From positions 38,519,362-38,583,361 of the forward strand of contig NC_068999.1 of assembly GCF_001194135.2 (NCBI RefSeq): DNA of 64,000 nt, in the 5' to 3' direction. The DNA is from Octopus bimaculoides (taxonomy: Eukaryota). This document shows positions 53,999 through 64,000 of the stretch, one piece after another. Positions within the stretch are counted from its first letter, which is position 1; each line of letters opens with the position of its first letter. Below the pieces are notes generated by a model. The model saw only the letters and a program-made list of their open reading frames with translations, was not told where the DNA came from and searched no databases. The position numbers and the translations under genes are program-made.

Positions 53999-54732
53999 TT
54001 ACAATGTCATGCTGTATTTCTTAAACTATGGGTTTGAATGTTGCCAAAGTCTGGCAAATTTGCATTTTATCTTTGAAAGAGCTATAAAATGTTTACCATT
54101 CAACAACTGAAGTCAACCATTTCCTTTCCCAACCTGCCAAACTGGTATGCTTGTTTGGCCATTTGATTAAGAACATTCTTAAAACACAAAGAACCTTGAA
54201 ATGTTTTAAAATGTATATAGCATTTGATTTGGGTAAAAAACTGAAAAAAAAAAAAAAATGATAAATTTGGCTTAGAACATAATGGCTGGGAAAGCAAACT
54301 TCAGAAACTTTAGAACACAATAGTTTATCAATAATATGTCATTACCATACATTATTTCTTAAGTGTTCCAATTAATATACAAAGCTCCAAGCATCAACAA
54401 AACACGTAGTGACTAGAATTTGTTACTGGAAGACCTTGTCCTGACTGATGTAACCCAATATCGAAAGGAATAGAAAGATTTAATAAATACTGCGACACCA
54501 TTAAATTTATGATTGCATACATGGCATTTACCAGTTCCACTTCTCAAATACAAAACCAATAATCTAAAAATAATTCTTGCATTGCAGACCAAGTTTCCTT
54601 CTTCTAGTCACCATATTTAGAAAGATCGCAAAATAAAAAGAGAAAAAAACAAACTGGGGAGTCTGTAACTAAGTAATTTTTGGACAGAGGCTCCTGTTTT
54701 CTTTTACACACACACACACACTTATATATGTA

Positions 54733-55066
54733 TCTATATATATAAAAATGAGAATGTGTGTCTATCTGTCTGTCTGTCTGTGTGTGTGTGTGTGAATCCC
54801 TAAAACTCGAGAACTACGCAACCAATTTCATTCAAATTTTACAGATGCCTTACTTAGGGTTCCAGTTGTGTTTTAGTCAAAAAAAATGTTTAACTTCTTG
54901 CAGAGTTCGAGCTCACGGCAACATAATATCTCCTCCACTATTTAAGTATTATGTGCCAAAAGTGAAACAAAAACACTCATGTCAAATACTTTCACTTTAA
55001 AAATGAAACTATTCCACTAACTAAAACAATCACATTCCGATACTGTAATGACAGATACTTTCAGAG
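54733..55066 (+). mobile_element. Helitron-like non-autonomous element 5' end (Lep1-like)
   Basis: A|TCTATATATATAAAAATG start, then (GTCT)n/(GT)n, then aactacgcaaccaatttcattcaaatttt. This is the layout of invertebrate non-autonomous Helitrons. The 3' end is lost in an N gap. Confidence 0.45.
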
Positions 55067-55853
55067 NNNNNNNNNNNNNNNNNNNNNNNNNNNNNNNNNN
55101 NNNNNNNNNNNNNNNNNNNNNNNNNNNNNNNNNNNNNNNNNNNNNNNNNNNNNNNNNNNNNNNNNNNNNNNNNNNNNNNNNNNNNNNNNNNNNNNNNNNN
55201 NNNNNNNNNNNNNNNNNNNNNNNNNNNNNNNNNNNNNNNNNNNNNNNNNNNNNNNNNNNNNNNNNNNNNNNNNNNNNNNNNNNNNNNNNNNNNNNNNNNN
55301 NNNNNNNNNNNNNNNNNNNNNNNNNNNNNNNNNNNNNNNNNNNNNNNNNNNNNNNNNNNNNNNNNNNNNNNNNNNNNNNNNNNNNNNNNNNNNNNNNNNN
55401 NNNNNNNNNNNNNNNNNNNNNNNNNNNNNNNNNNNNNNNNNNNNNNNNNNNNNNNNNNNNNNNNNNNNNNNNNNNNNNNNNNNNNNNNNNNNNNNNNNNN
55501 NNNNNNNNNNNNNNNNNNNNNNNNNNNNNNNNNNNNNNNNNNNNNNNNNNNNNNNNNNNNNNNNNNNNNNNNNNNNNNNNNNNNNNNNNNNNNNNNNNNN
55601 NNNNNNNNNNNNNNNNNNNNNNNNNNNNNNNNNNNNNNNNNNNNNNNNNNNNNNNNNNNNNNNNNNNNNNNNNNNNNNNNNNNNNNNNNNNNNNNNNNNN
55701 NNNNNNNNNNNNNNNNNNNNNNNNNNNNNNNNNNNNNNNNNNNNNNNNNNNNNNNNNNNNNNNNNNNNNNNNNNNNNNNNNNNNNNNNNNNNNNNNNNNN
55801 NNNNNNNNNNNNNNNNNNNNNNNNNNNNNNNNNNNNNNNNNNNNNNNNNNNNN

Positions 55854-55889
<36 letters not shown>

Positions 55890-55892
<3 letters not shown>

Positions 55893-56030
55893 TTTCCAAC
55901 CACATAGTTCCAGGCTCAGTCCCGTTGCATGGCATCTTGGACAAGTGTTTTCTGTTATAATCTCAGGCCTACCAGGACCTTGTAAATGGATTTGTTAGAT
56001 GGAACCAGAAAGAAGCCTGTCATATATACA
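55890..56030 (+). mobile_element. SINE family A 5' half
   Basis: ccaaccacatagttccaggctcagtcccgttgcatggcatcttggacaagtg...gaaagaagcctgtc. Confidence 0.6.
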
Positions 56031-56940
56031 ACATTTCAAATGTCCTGTAACCATCCGGCCTACTTTCTCCTCAGCTCCATACAACGTTTTAATCTGCTGG
56101 GCTAACCACCAGGACTAACCAGAACTCCAGTAAACCTACGAACCCTGCTGCTGTTTTGTGTATGGATTATGAAGGCAGTAGGGACCCCAGGCACAAAAGC
56201 CTGAGCTACACTCCATATGGATTTTCTAGTAGATTCTGTATGTGCTAATAAAAGCAGCCAAGCATTCCTCAAATCCTTTTATATATATGAAAGAAAAATG
56301 ATACAGTAGTATGTTACATTATGACTTCATCATATAATGTCAATGGGATGGTCAGAACTGGACCATCCTTTTTCATACTGGTTCTACTGGATCAGAAATG
56401 ACCTGAGGCTGATCAATAACTTCTGACCCCATTTCTCCACTTGTTTTCTCTGAAGAATTCATCTGGGACTTTCTCAGACAGAAATAAACTTGGGTCTTTA
56501 TTTATTCTCCTTCAAACTCATATTAGTCAGAAAAAAAAACAAAAAAGAAAAACAAATATGACGAAAAAGTTTTAAAAAATTGTTCCAATTGTTATTTTTA
56601 ATTCTATACTTTTTAATGTTTTCACTTGTTTTTATTTGAGTTTTTTTTCTTAAAAGATTCATTATTTCTTTAATTAACACTGAAATATGCACTAGTTATT
56701 TTGCTTCTCACAGACTGGAAGCTCAGCAACTTTTTTTTCTTTCATTTTCATAATTTTAATTACAAAATCAATTAAGAATAAAAAATGTATTTGAAGCTAC
56801 TTCACTTTCTCCATTTTTACTTTTCTTTTCACATTTGATTTTTTTATTCTAATCGGAATTTATTATGTCTGGAAGTCTGTATTTTTTTCAATATTAATAT
56901 ATTCCCAAATTACATTCCATTTCTCAATGTTCCATTGCAG

Positions 56941-57030
56941 AATTCTCGAGTGGCAATCCGTAACATGGAAAATAAAATATACAAACTTGACCAAGATGCT
57001 TTGAAGCAAGAAGCTCTTCTTTATACACAG
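56941..57030 (+). CDS. CCDC39: CCDC39 internal coding exon (90 nt, phase 0/0); not in the supplied ORF track
   Basis: Acceptor ttccattgcag| and donor CAG|gtaaat. Translation NSRVAIRNMENKIYKLDQDALKQEALLYTQ matches human [30 protein letters not shown] (KLD..LKQ..Y.Q) and fills the 30-aa gap between the two flanking exons exactly. Confidence 0.9.
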
Positions 57031-57067
57031 GTAAATGTTTCAGTATTTTTTGCTTTATTTTCCCCAC

Positions 57068-57440
57068 CTGGAGCAGGCATGGATGTGTGATTAAGAAGTT
57101 TACATCATGACCATGTGGTGTCAGGTTCAATCCCACTTAGTGGCACTTTTGGGAAAGTGTCTTCTATGATAGACCTGGGACGACCAATGCTTATTGAATG
57201 AATCTGGTGCTGTGCGGAAGCTCACTGTGAGTATATATATGTGTTTGTGTGTGTATGTATGTATATGCCTAGCTAGTGCCATGTAAAACGTCTTCATTCC
57301 TGTGCCATTTAAAAACAACCATGCTTGCGCCATGAAAACAAGCACCCAGTACACTCTGTAAAGTGGTTGGTATTAGGAAGGGCATCGTGTCATAAAAATC
57401 ATGCCAGAACGGACAACTGGAGCCTGGTACAGCTCTCCAT
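57068..57440 (+). mobile_element. Hybrid SINE: A-type head plus C-type body
   Basis: gagcaggcatggatgtgtg...caggttcaatcccacttagtggcacttttgggaaagtgtcttc, then (TG)n, then gtgccatgtaaaa...gcacccagtacactctgtaaagtggttggtattaggaagggcatc. Confidence 0.6.
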
Positions 57441-59249
57441 GGTAGAAATATATTAGATCTTTTATCTACGGGGTCAAAGCTGGTCAAGAGATAAACAGCA
57501 ACACCATAGCTGTCACAAGTGCCATAACTGTTAGAGCCATTAACAGCTGTTACTGAACATACTAGAAGTAGTAACTGAATTCTGCCTCCAATCTACTTCA
57601 ATCTCTGCTTAACATTTCAAAAGAAGGGAAGCAAATTTGATAATAAGGTGTTAGGAAAATGATTATGACAGAAAGTAAATGAAAGGGTAGTGATAGATAG
57701 AACAGATCTGCTCTGTGACTAAGTAACAAAAACAACAACTGAAATAAGAACCTATATGGATATAAATCAAGAAAATAGAGTAACAACTGCTCCATGCTTG
57801 ATCAAATTACTTGAAATAGCAGCTTAATTTCCTTCAAATCACACTGTACCATTTTAACATTATTATGCCACCCTGTCCAAGACTGCCTCCTGTTCTGTGA
57901 TGCAAACTTCCTGTATTCAGGTGATCTTAATTAAATTCCTCCATCAAAATTTCATATTAATTTACGTTCCAAACATCAGATTAATAATGACAATATTGTT
58001 TTTATTAAATTTGTCATGATTTTAAAAATCGATTGAAACAAAATCAGTGGATTTTTCAACAGAAAAATTGTAACAAAAGAATTAAACAAAGAAAGATCAT
58101 ATGTTAACATAGTCCTTCGTGTCCCTAAAAAAACAGGTTGGTCATGTTTGGGAAGCCTTTGATCATAAGTTTTATTGATCAAGGTTGACTTAGGGCTAAA
58201 GCACAATGTAAAAGAAACACATTCTATATAAAATCTTCTTACATCCTTCATCTATTTTAGTTCAGAGTTGTTACATTTTTAATCATCAAAGCCAAGAAAG
58301 TAATTTTTCTTCTTAAGAAAGACGAACATCGAGAGAAACGGATGTGAGACTTTGATTAGGCAAAAGTAAAGCTGCATCTTGTGTATTCATCCTTATTGTA
58401 GCCTAATCTCAAAATAAAATTGCTGTAAAACTATTATTGACTGTTAACGTTAGATAATGGCATGAATAATACCTTTTGTGGATTCTGTGACTTGATAGCA
58501 GCCTTTTTGGTAAATGGAATTATTCAAAGATAAAGGCATTGGACTGAAGTCATCTCATTTTCATTATCCTCATTTTTGAAATCCCTTGCTTGCATTGTGG
58601 TACAGATTAAAGGGTTTAAACTACACCTGAAGCTTTCTTTGCATTTTGGTTTAGATCCTCAGAATAGGATCCATTTCTTCACAAATATTCCTTAGCCTTC
58701 TTTTCTGGCAATGATTCATTGTATTCAATCTTCTGAGGTAAGCTGCTTGTGGATATTTGGCCAGGTAAAAATAACAGCCAAAATTTCTTCAAATCTTATC
58801 ATCTTGAAAAAAGGGCATCTTTCTTGAAATATAAGATCATTAAAAACCTTAAAGAATTATTAATTGGACAATGCAGTCATATATATATGATGAAGGCCTC
58901 ATGATCACAACAGAAACATCTTTTCGTTCAGTTATTCCTGATTAAGCTTGTCTTGCAGCTGAACAATGACAATAATGAGAACTTGGTAAATTTTACTATA
59001 TATACTGACAAAAAAAAGAGGGACATTTTGTTTATTTTCCTCAAAAGAAACAAGGTGACTCCCCTGTCAACTACAGACAGGTCAAACATATTTATGACTT
59101 CTCATATATACTGTGGCTATCGTTGTTATGGGTAGTAATATTGTTTGCAGTGTTGTTATTGTTGTTCTCATTTACCATCACATCAGCCCATTTTATTAGA
59201 CCCAGGACCATAAGAATTGCAGCAGTGATTGTCCCCTATGCATACATAC

Positions 59250-59305
<56 letters not shown>

Positions 59306-59711
59306 ATTATATATATAGTATTATTTAGTTGAATGGCTTCCCTTTGATCATTATTTATTTTCTTAGTGATGTTTTCAATAGAATTTGGATTAATCCTCTT
59401 ATGATAACTCTGAAATTAAATTATAAAAGATAATCCCACAAATTCTATAACATGTTAAGAATACTTTGTGGACATTATTATTTTGTATGATGCAACCAAG
59501 AGTCAAATTTGGCCACATGAAATCAATTAAAAATCTGATATAGTTTAATATGAAGGGCAAGATTTTCAATATCCTCAAGAAGCATTATTTTTCCTTTCCT
59601 TTTCAAGAAATGTTTTTACATTATTACAGAATGAGAAAACAATTTTGTTAAACCCCTTACCATTTATTAAACTATAATTGCAATATATGGTTTGTTTTCA
59701 TTTCTTTGCAG

Positions 59712-59876
59712 GATTTAGCTATTGATAGCTTGAACAAAAGGATTGCCAGCATGGAGGGGGAGGTTGATTTGGATGATCTTAATCAAAAGAAAGCTGATAT
59801 CAAATCTCTTACTGAAACACTCGAAGAAAAAAAGGCAACTCATAGAATGCTGGAAAGCCAACTAAATAGATTAAAG
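59712..59876 (+). CDS. CCDC39: CCDC39 internal coding exon (165 nt, phase 0/0)
   Basis: Acceptor tttctttgcag| and donor AAG|gtttgt. Translation DLAIDSLNKRIASMEGEVDLDDLNQKKADIKSLTETLEEKKATHRMLESQLNRLK vs human [55 protein letters not shown], same 55-aa length. Confidence 0.92.
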
Positions 59877-59919
59877 GTTTGTTCACTGATTATATTCTCA
59901 GGTGTATTTCTTTATGATG

Positions 59920-60110
59920 GACAGGCACGACTGTACCTACGAAGCTTACTTTCTGACTGTGTGGTTTTGAGCTCAATCCCACTGCACAGCAACTTGGACA
60001 TATATCTTCTACATTTCCACTATTGTCCCGGACCAACCAAAACCTTGTGAGTGAGTTTGGAAAATGGAAACTTAAAGAATCTCATCGTTTATCTATCTGT
60101 CTGTATCCGT
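59920..60110 (+). mobile_element. SINE family A 5' half, diverged
   Basis: gagctcaatcccactgcacagcaacttggacatatatcttc...accaaaaccttgtgagtgagtttgg...gaaacttaaagaa. Confidence 0.55.
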
Positions 60111-62375
60111 GTGTTTGTCTGTCTGTCTCTCTTTCTATATATATATGTATATATAGAGATATAGATATACATACATACATACATACATGTGTGTGTGTGT
60201 GTGTACATATATATAATATATGTGTGTGTGTGATGTTCTTGCCTTGACTTCATGTGGTCTTTCTAAAGAAGCATCAGCATCATATATGCAATGCTATTCA
60301 TTTCCTGTCTTCCATGAAAAACATGCCCACCCACAGGGAAATATTACTTTGATGATGATGATGTAGGAAACAAGTAAAGAGGGAGTGCATATGACCATAG
60401 AATATCTGCCTCAGCAACTTATGTCTGACCCATGCAAGCATTGAAATGTGGATGTTAAAATGATGACAATCAGAGGCATTTATTCCAGATGTGCTAGGAG
60501 TGTGCTACAAACCCATCAAAAATGGCAAATTCATTATAAATAATAACCTTACTCATTAATTTAATCACAAATCTTAATGGAAAACTTCTGTTATACATCT
60601 GCTTGAAATTTGGTGGCAGTGGGGCAGCATACCCCATACAACAGCCATCATATGCCCCTTATGACGATGATTGTTGTGCTGGTCTTAGTGTTTTACATTT
60701 TACTATGTTTCTATTTTACCATTTTATGACTTTGCAATGTGTAACACTGGTGAAGTGTTTGACAATGAAGACATGTCAAAATTGTCAGGAAAGGGGTAAG
60801 TGAGGTGGAAGAAATCATATCTGATTTCTTGTTAAAGTAAAAACCAGGGCCTGACAATAGTGAATTATCAATAAGCACAGGGACCTCATTAGATTGTTTA
60901 CAGTATCATAGACAGAACTGAAAAGGGCAAAGGGTCATGTTATGATGTTAAACTAGGTTAATTATTGCCTCTGCTACCCAATAAGAAATTCATATGGTTT
61001 CCCTGCAAAGTTTACATCCATCAAATTTCATTTGGAGTGAATTGAAGTGGGACTAAAATCTCAATTGAACAAAGTTTTCAGGTAGTGAGTTCAAATACAG
61101 GAGGGTAAAGAAAATTACTCAATAATGTGGCCACATCTGCAACCAGAAGAATAACCACTTGTACAATTTAAAAATTAATTTCTTTTGTAAAGTTTAATAT
61201 GCTTCCTGTTGTAGTATTTAAATAACAAATCTTATAAGTGTTTACATCAGTAAGAGATATAGTGTCTGAGAGGTTAATGTGTTGCACTTCTGACAAAGTG
61301 GACATAAGTTCAAAACTCAGAGCTGCCTGACAACCCTGTCCCTAAGTAATACAATAGGCCCACACTAGGGGCTTCAGATTTACTTTTATTTAGCTTAATC
61401 AAAGAGAAAAGTAATATCCCTATAGCCTATTTCCAAGGGATTCCAAAACAGAAAGAGAGCAAGTAAAACTCAAACTAGAGACATGACCATTAATTCTTGT
61501 GAAAGGAACATCCAGGGGCCAGATGCTGCTGTTGAAAAGGGTGATGGTTTAAGTCTGCTATCCAAGAACACCAGTTTTAAGGGTTAACAGTAGGATGTTT
61601 TTCATTTGTAAGTATAAAGAAAAGTGCATAAGCAACAAAGAAGCCAAAAGTGTGGTTGCTGGGCCCAACAAAAAGTGCCAAGTTATACTCTTTCACTTCA
61701 TATACTACAGACTTTAAAATCAAAGCATTTGATAAAAAAAAAATTTAAAAAACAGCTGTGGAAAGTGGGTTGCTTAAGCTATAACGAGAATTACAATTGG
61801 GGCAGCAAGTGGAAAAAGATGTAAAATTAATCCAACCTTTGGAAGCATGGTAAAATGAAAATAAATGAGATAAAGGTAAAAGTGAATTAATTGCCAATTC
61901 AATTTGTAAAACAAGTTAATATGGAGAAGGCGAAAGAAAAGACCAAAAAGGAAATATTAAATCATTGCATCACATGATATTGATACTACTACTACTACTG
62001 CTGCAGCCACCACCACTTCTACCACCACCACCACCATCACTACTACTACTATAATTATTATCTTCAGCTAATTTTCTTAACAGCAATATCTAATTAATAG
62101 ACGGGTCATCACTTTAGTGTTGGTTATTACGTATTAAAATTAAAATAAGGCAAATTCAATGACAGCTTGTTGTTCAGATAATAAAGTCTTAATGAAGATA
62201 TTTTTTTTTCTTTTGCAAAACTTAATCTTAGAAATGATTGGCAAAAATAATTTAGCTGTCTAATAGAAAATTTAAGAATTTGGATGGATGATTTATGATT
62301 TCAAGTTTAAGATACGCTTTAAATATATTAATTTAAGTTATGTAACTCATTATCATTATTATTATCATTAAAAAA

Positions 62376-62588
62376 GGTTGCGAGCTGGCAGAATCATTAG
62401 CACGCCGGGCAAAATGCGTAGCAGTATTTCACCTGTCACTAGATTCTGAGTTCAAATTCTGCCAAGGTCGACTTTGCCTTTCATCCTTTTGGAGGTTGAA
62501 AAGTTAAGTACCAGTGAAACACTGGGATTGATGTTATCAACTAGTCCTTTCCTCCAAAATTTCAGGCCTTGTGCCTTTAATAGAAAGG

Positions 62589-62626
<38 letters not shown>
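62376..62626 (+). mobile_element. SINE family D, full length, (TTA)n tail
   Basis: ggttgcgagctggcagaatcattagcacgccgggc (A-box-like)...tctgagttcaaattc (B-box)...gtaccagtgaaacactggg...tagaaaggattattatt. Confidence 0.85.
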
Positions 62627-62828
62627 CTCGTGCTGGTGACACGTAAAAGCACCCACTACACTCTCTGAGTGGTTGGCGTTAGGAAGGGCATCCAGTTGTA
62701 GAAACTCTGCCAAATTAGATTGGAGCCTGGTGTTGCCATCCAGTTTCACCAGTCCTCAGTCAAATCATCCAACCCATGCTAGCATGGAAAGCGGACGTTA
62801 AACGATGATGATGATGATGATGATGATT
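62627..62828 (+). mobile_element. SINE family C, 5'-truncated, directly after the D tail
   Basis: ctcgtgctggtgacacgtaaaagcacccactacactc...gcatggaaagcggacgttaaacgatgatgat. Confidence 0.85.
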
Positions 62829-63239
62829 ATTATCATTATAAAGGAAATTTCTTTCAATATTGTTTCCATTTCTTGCTAAGTGTCTTCCTGACCCCTAGGA
62901 CAAAAAAGACCTCACTGTATACATTGGTGGGGCATTAAACTAAACACACTAGATTGTTCATTTACAAGTTATGTGAAAGAAGAAAAAAGAAAACAGAGAA
63001 AAAGAAAGAAAAAGGAAACTTTACTGGGGTGGCAATCATTCTCAGAATGACAATGCCCTTCTCAATATCTGTGAAATAGCAGTTAAAACAATTTTTTACA
63101 CTTCTTGCGGAGAAGGTAAGCAAGGGATCATTCTCACATAGTCTTATCATTATTATCATTGTTTTTATTTTTAAGAGTGGTAGGCTAATACAATCATTAG
63201 AGAATTGGAAAAAAAAAATTGTGGTGTTTGTTCCACACA

Positions 63240-63623
63240 TTCTTAGTTCAAATGCTTTTCAGGGTTGATAAAATAAGTACCAGTTACACACTGGAGGTCG
63301 ATGTAATCGACTCAACTCCTACCCTCAAAATTGCTGCCCTTGTGGCATAATTTGAAACTATTATTATTATTATTATGAAGCTAGCAGAATTGTTAGCATG
63401 CCAGGCAAAATGTTTAGCATCATTTCATCCATCGCGCCATTCTGAGTTCAAATTCCACCAAGGTCTACTTTGCCTTTCATCCTTTCAGAGTCGATAAATT
63501 AAGTACCAGTGAAACACTGGGGTCGAGGTAATTGACTAGTCCCTCCCTCAAAATTTCAGGACTTGTACCTTTAGTAGAGGGGATTATTATTATTATTATT
63601 ATTGTTATTATTATTATTATTAC

Positions 63624-63656
<33 letters not shown>

Positions 63657-63660
63657 CATC
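63240..63660 (+). mobile_element. Two tandem SINE family D copies
   Basis: A truncated copy at 63240-63375 ending in (TTA)n, then a near-full copy at 63377-63660 with a long (TTA)n tail. Confidence 0.75.
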
Positions 63661-64000
63661 ATCAAATATTTATATTACAGACAGAATCGATGAAGACCAC
63701 ATATTTTAGTGATTAGGCATAGACCAGTGAATCAAGACCAATCAATAATTTCATATATTGATATATTTTGCAATCATAATTCTAATTATTAAAATTATTA
63801 AATAATTAATATAAAAAATTACTAATTATTCAATCAATAATTTTAATTACTAAATGTTACAATTTGAAAATGTGTTTTTGTCATGAAAATTTCATTCAAA
63901 AAAAGGCAAATTTAAATTTCTCTTAGTTGTTAAGTTATCTTTGTAGCAGGAGACTGAATATTAAAGACAATCCAGCCTTGACCACACCACAATTTTATCT

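Noticed and set aside
5482-55998. Long ORFs (150-370 aa) in the supplied track
   Set aside because: They consist of X from N gaps and YI/CV/HT/SL dinucleotide-repeat translations, so they are artefacts.
57950-58880. Coding-looking, low-microsatellite stretch
   Set aside because: The frames I translated are interrupted by stops and show no recognisable domain. It may be an old transposon fossil and needs BLASTX.
59877-60050. ORF extension past the 165-nt exon (…RLKVCSLIIFSG…)
   Set aside because: It reads through the GT donor into intron and a SINE; CCDC39 similarity stops exactly at 59876.
61400-61900. Possible RTE LINE fragment (…NKEAKSVVA…)
   Set aside because: Only one short motif, with multiple stops; insufficient.
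1-64000. CRISPR arrays, rRNA, operons or prokaryotic defence systems
   Set aside because: No regularly spaced direct repeats with unique spacers and no rRNA-like sequence; this is eukaryotic, probably intronic DNA.

Overview
AT-rich, microsatellite-dense metazoan draft-assembly DNA with many N gaps. Its repeat content (tRNA-derived SINE families, (TA)n/(CA)n/(GAT)n/(TTA)n tracts) looks like an Octopus-type cephalopod genome; this is an inference from repeat style. The only intact protein-coding sequence I can support is three internal + strand exons of a CCDC39 orthologue (axonemal 96-nm ruler coiled-coil protein) at 40458-40695, 56941-57030 and 59712-59876. They splice in frame with canonical AG/GT sites, so the rest of the window is probably intron. 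It holds at least four SINE families, remnants of a mariner transposase and a HERO/NeSL-like LINE, and a Helitron-like 5' end. The most interesting signal is a set of minimal type I hammerhead-ribozyme folds in two different small retroelements: (i) two near-mirror copies forming a ~200-bp palindrome at 8117-8315, like a Penelope pseudo-LTR, and (ii) one copy inside a tRNA-headed (Pol III) element at 922-1228, reminiscent of schistosome SM-alpha. Each copy here has core substitutions, so activity has to be tested on the family consensus. Almost all ORFs in the supplied track are microsatellite or N-gap artefacts.
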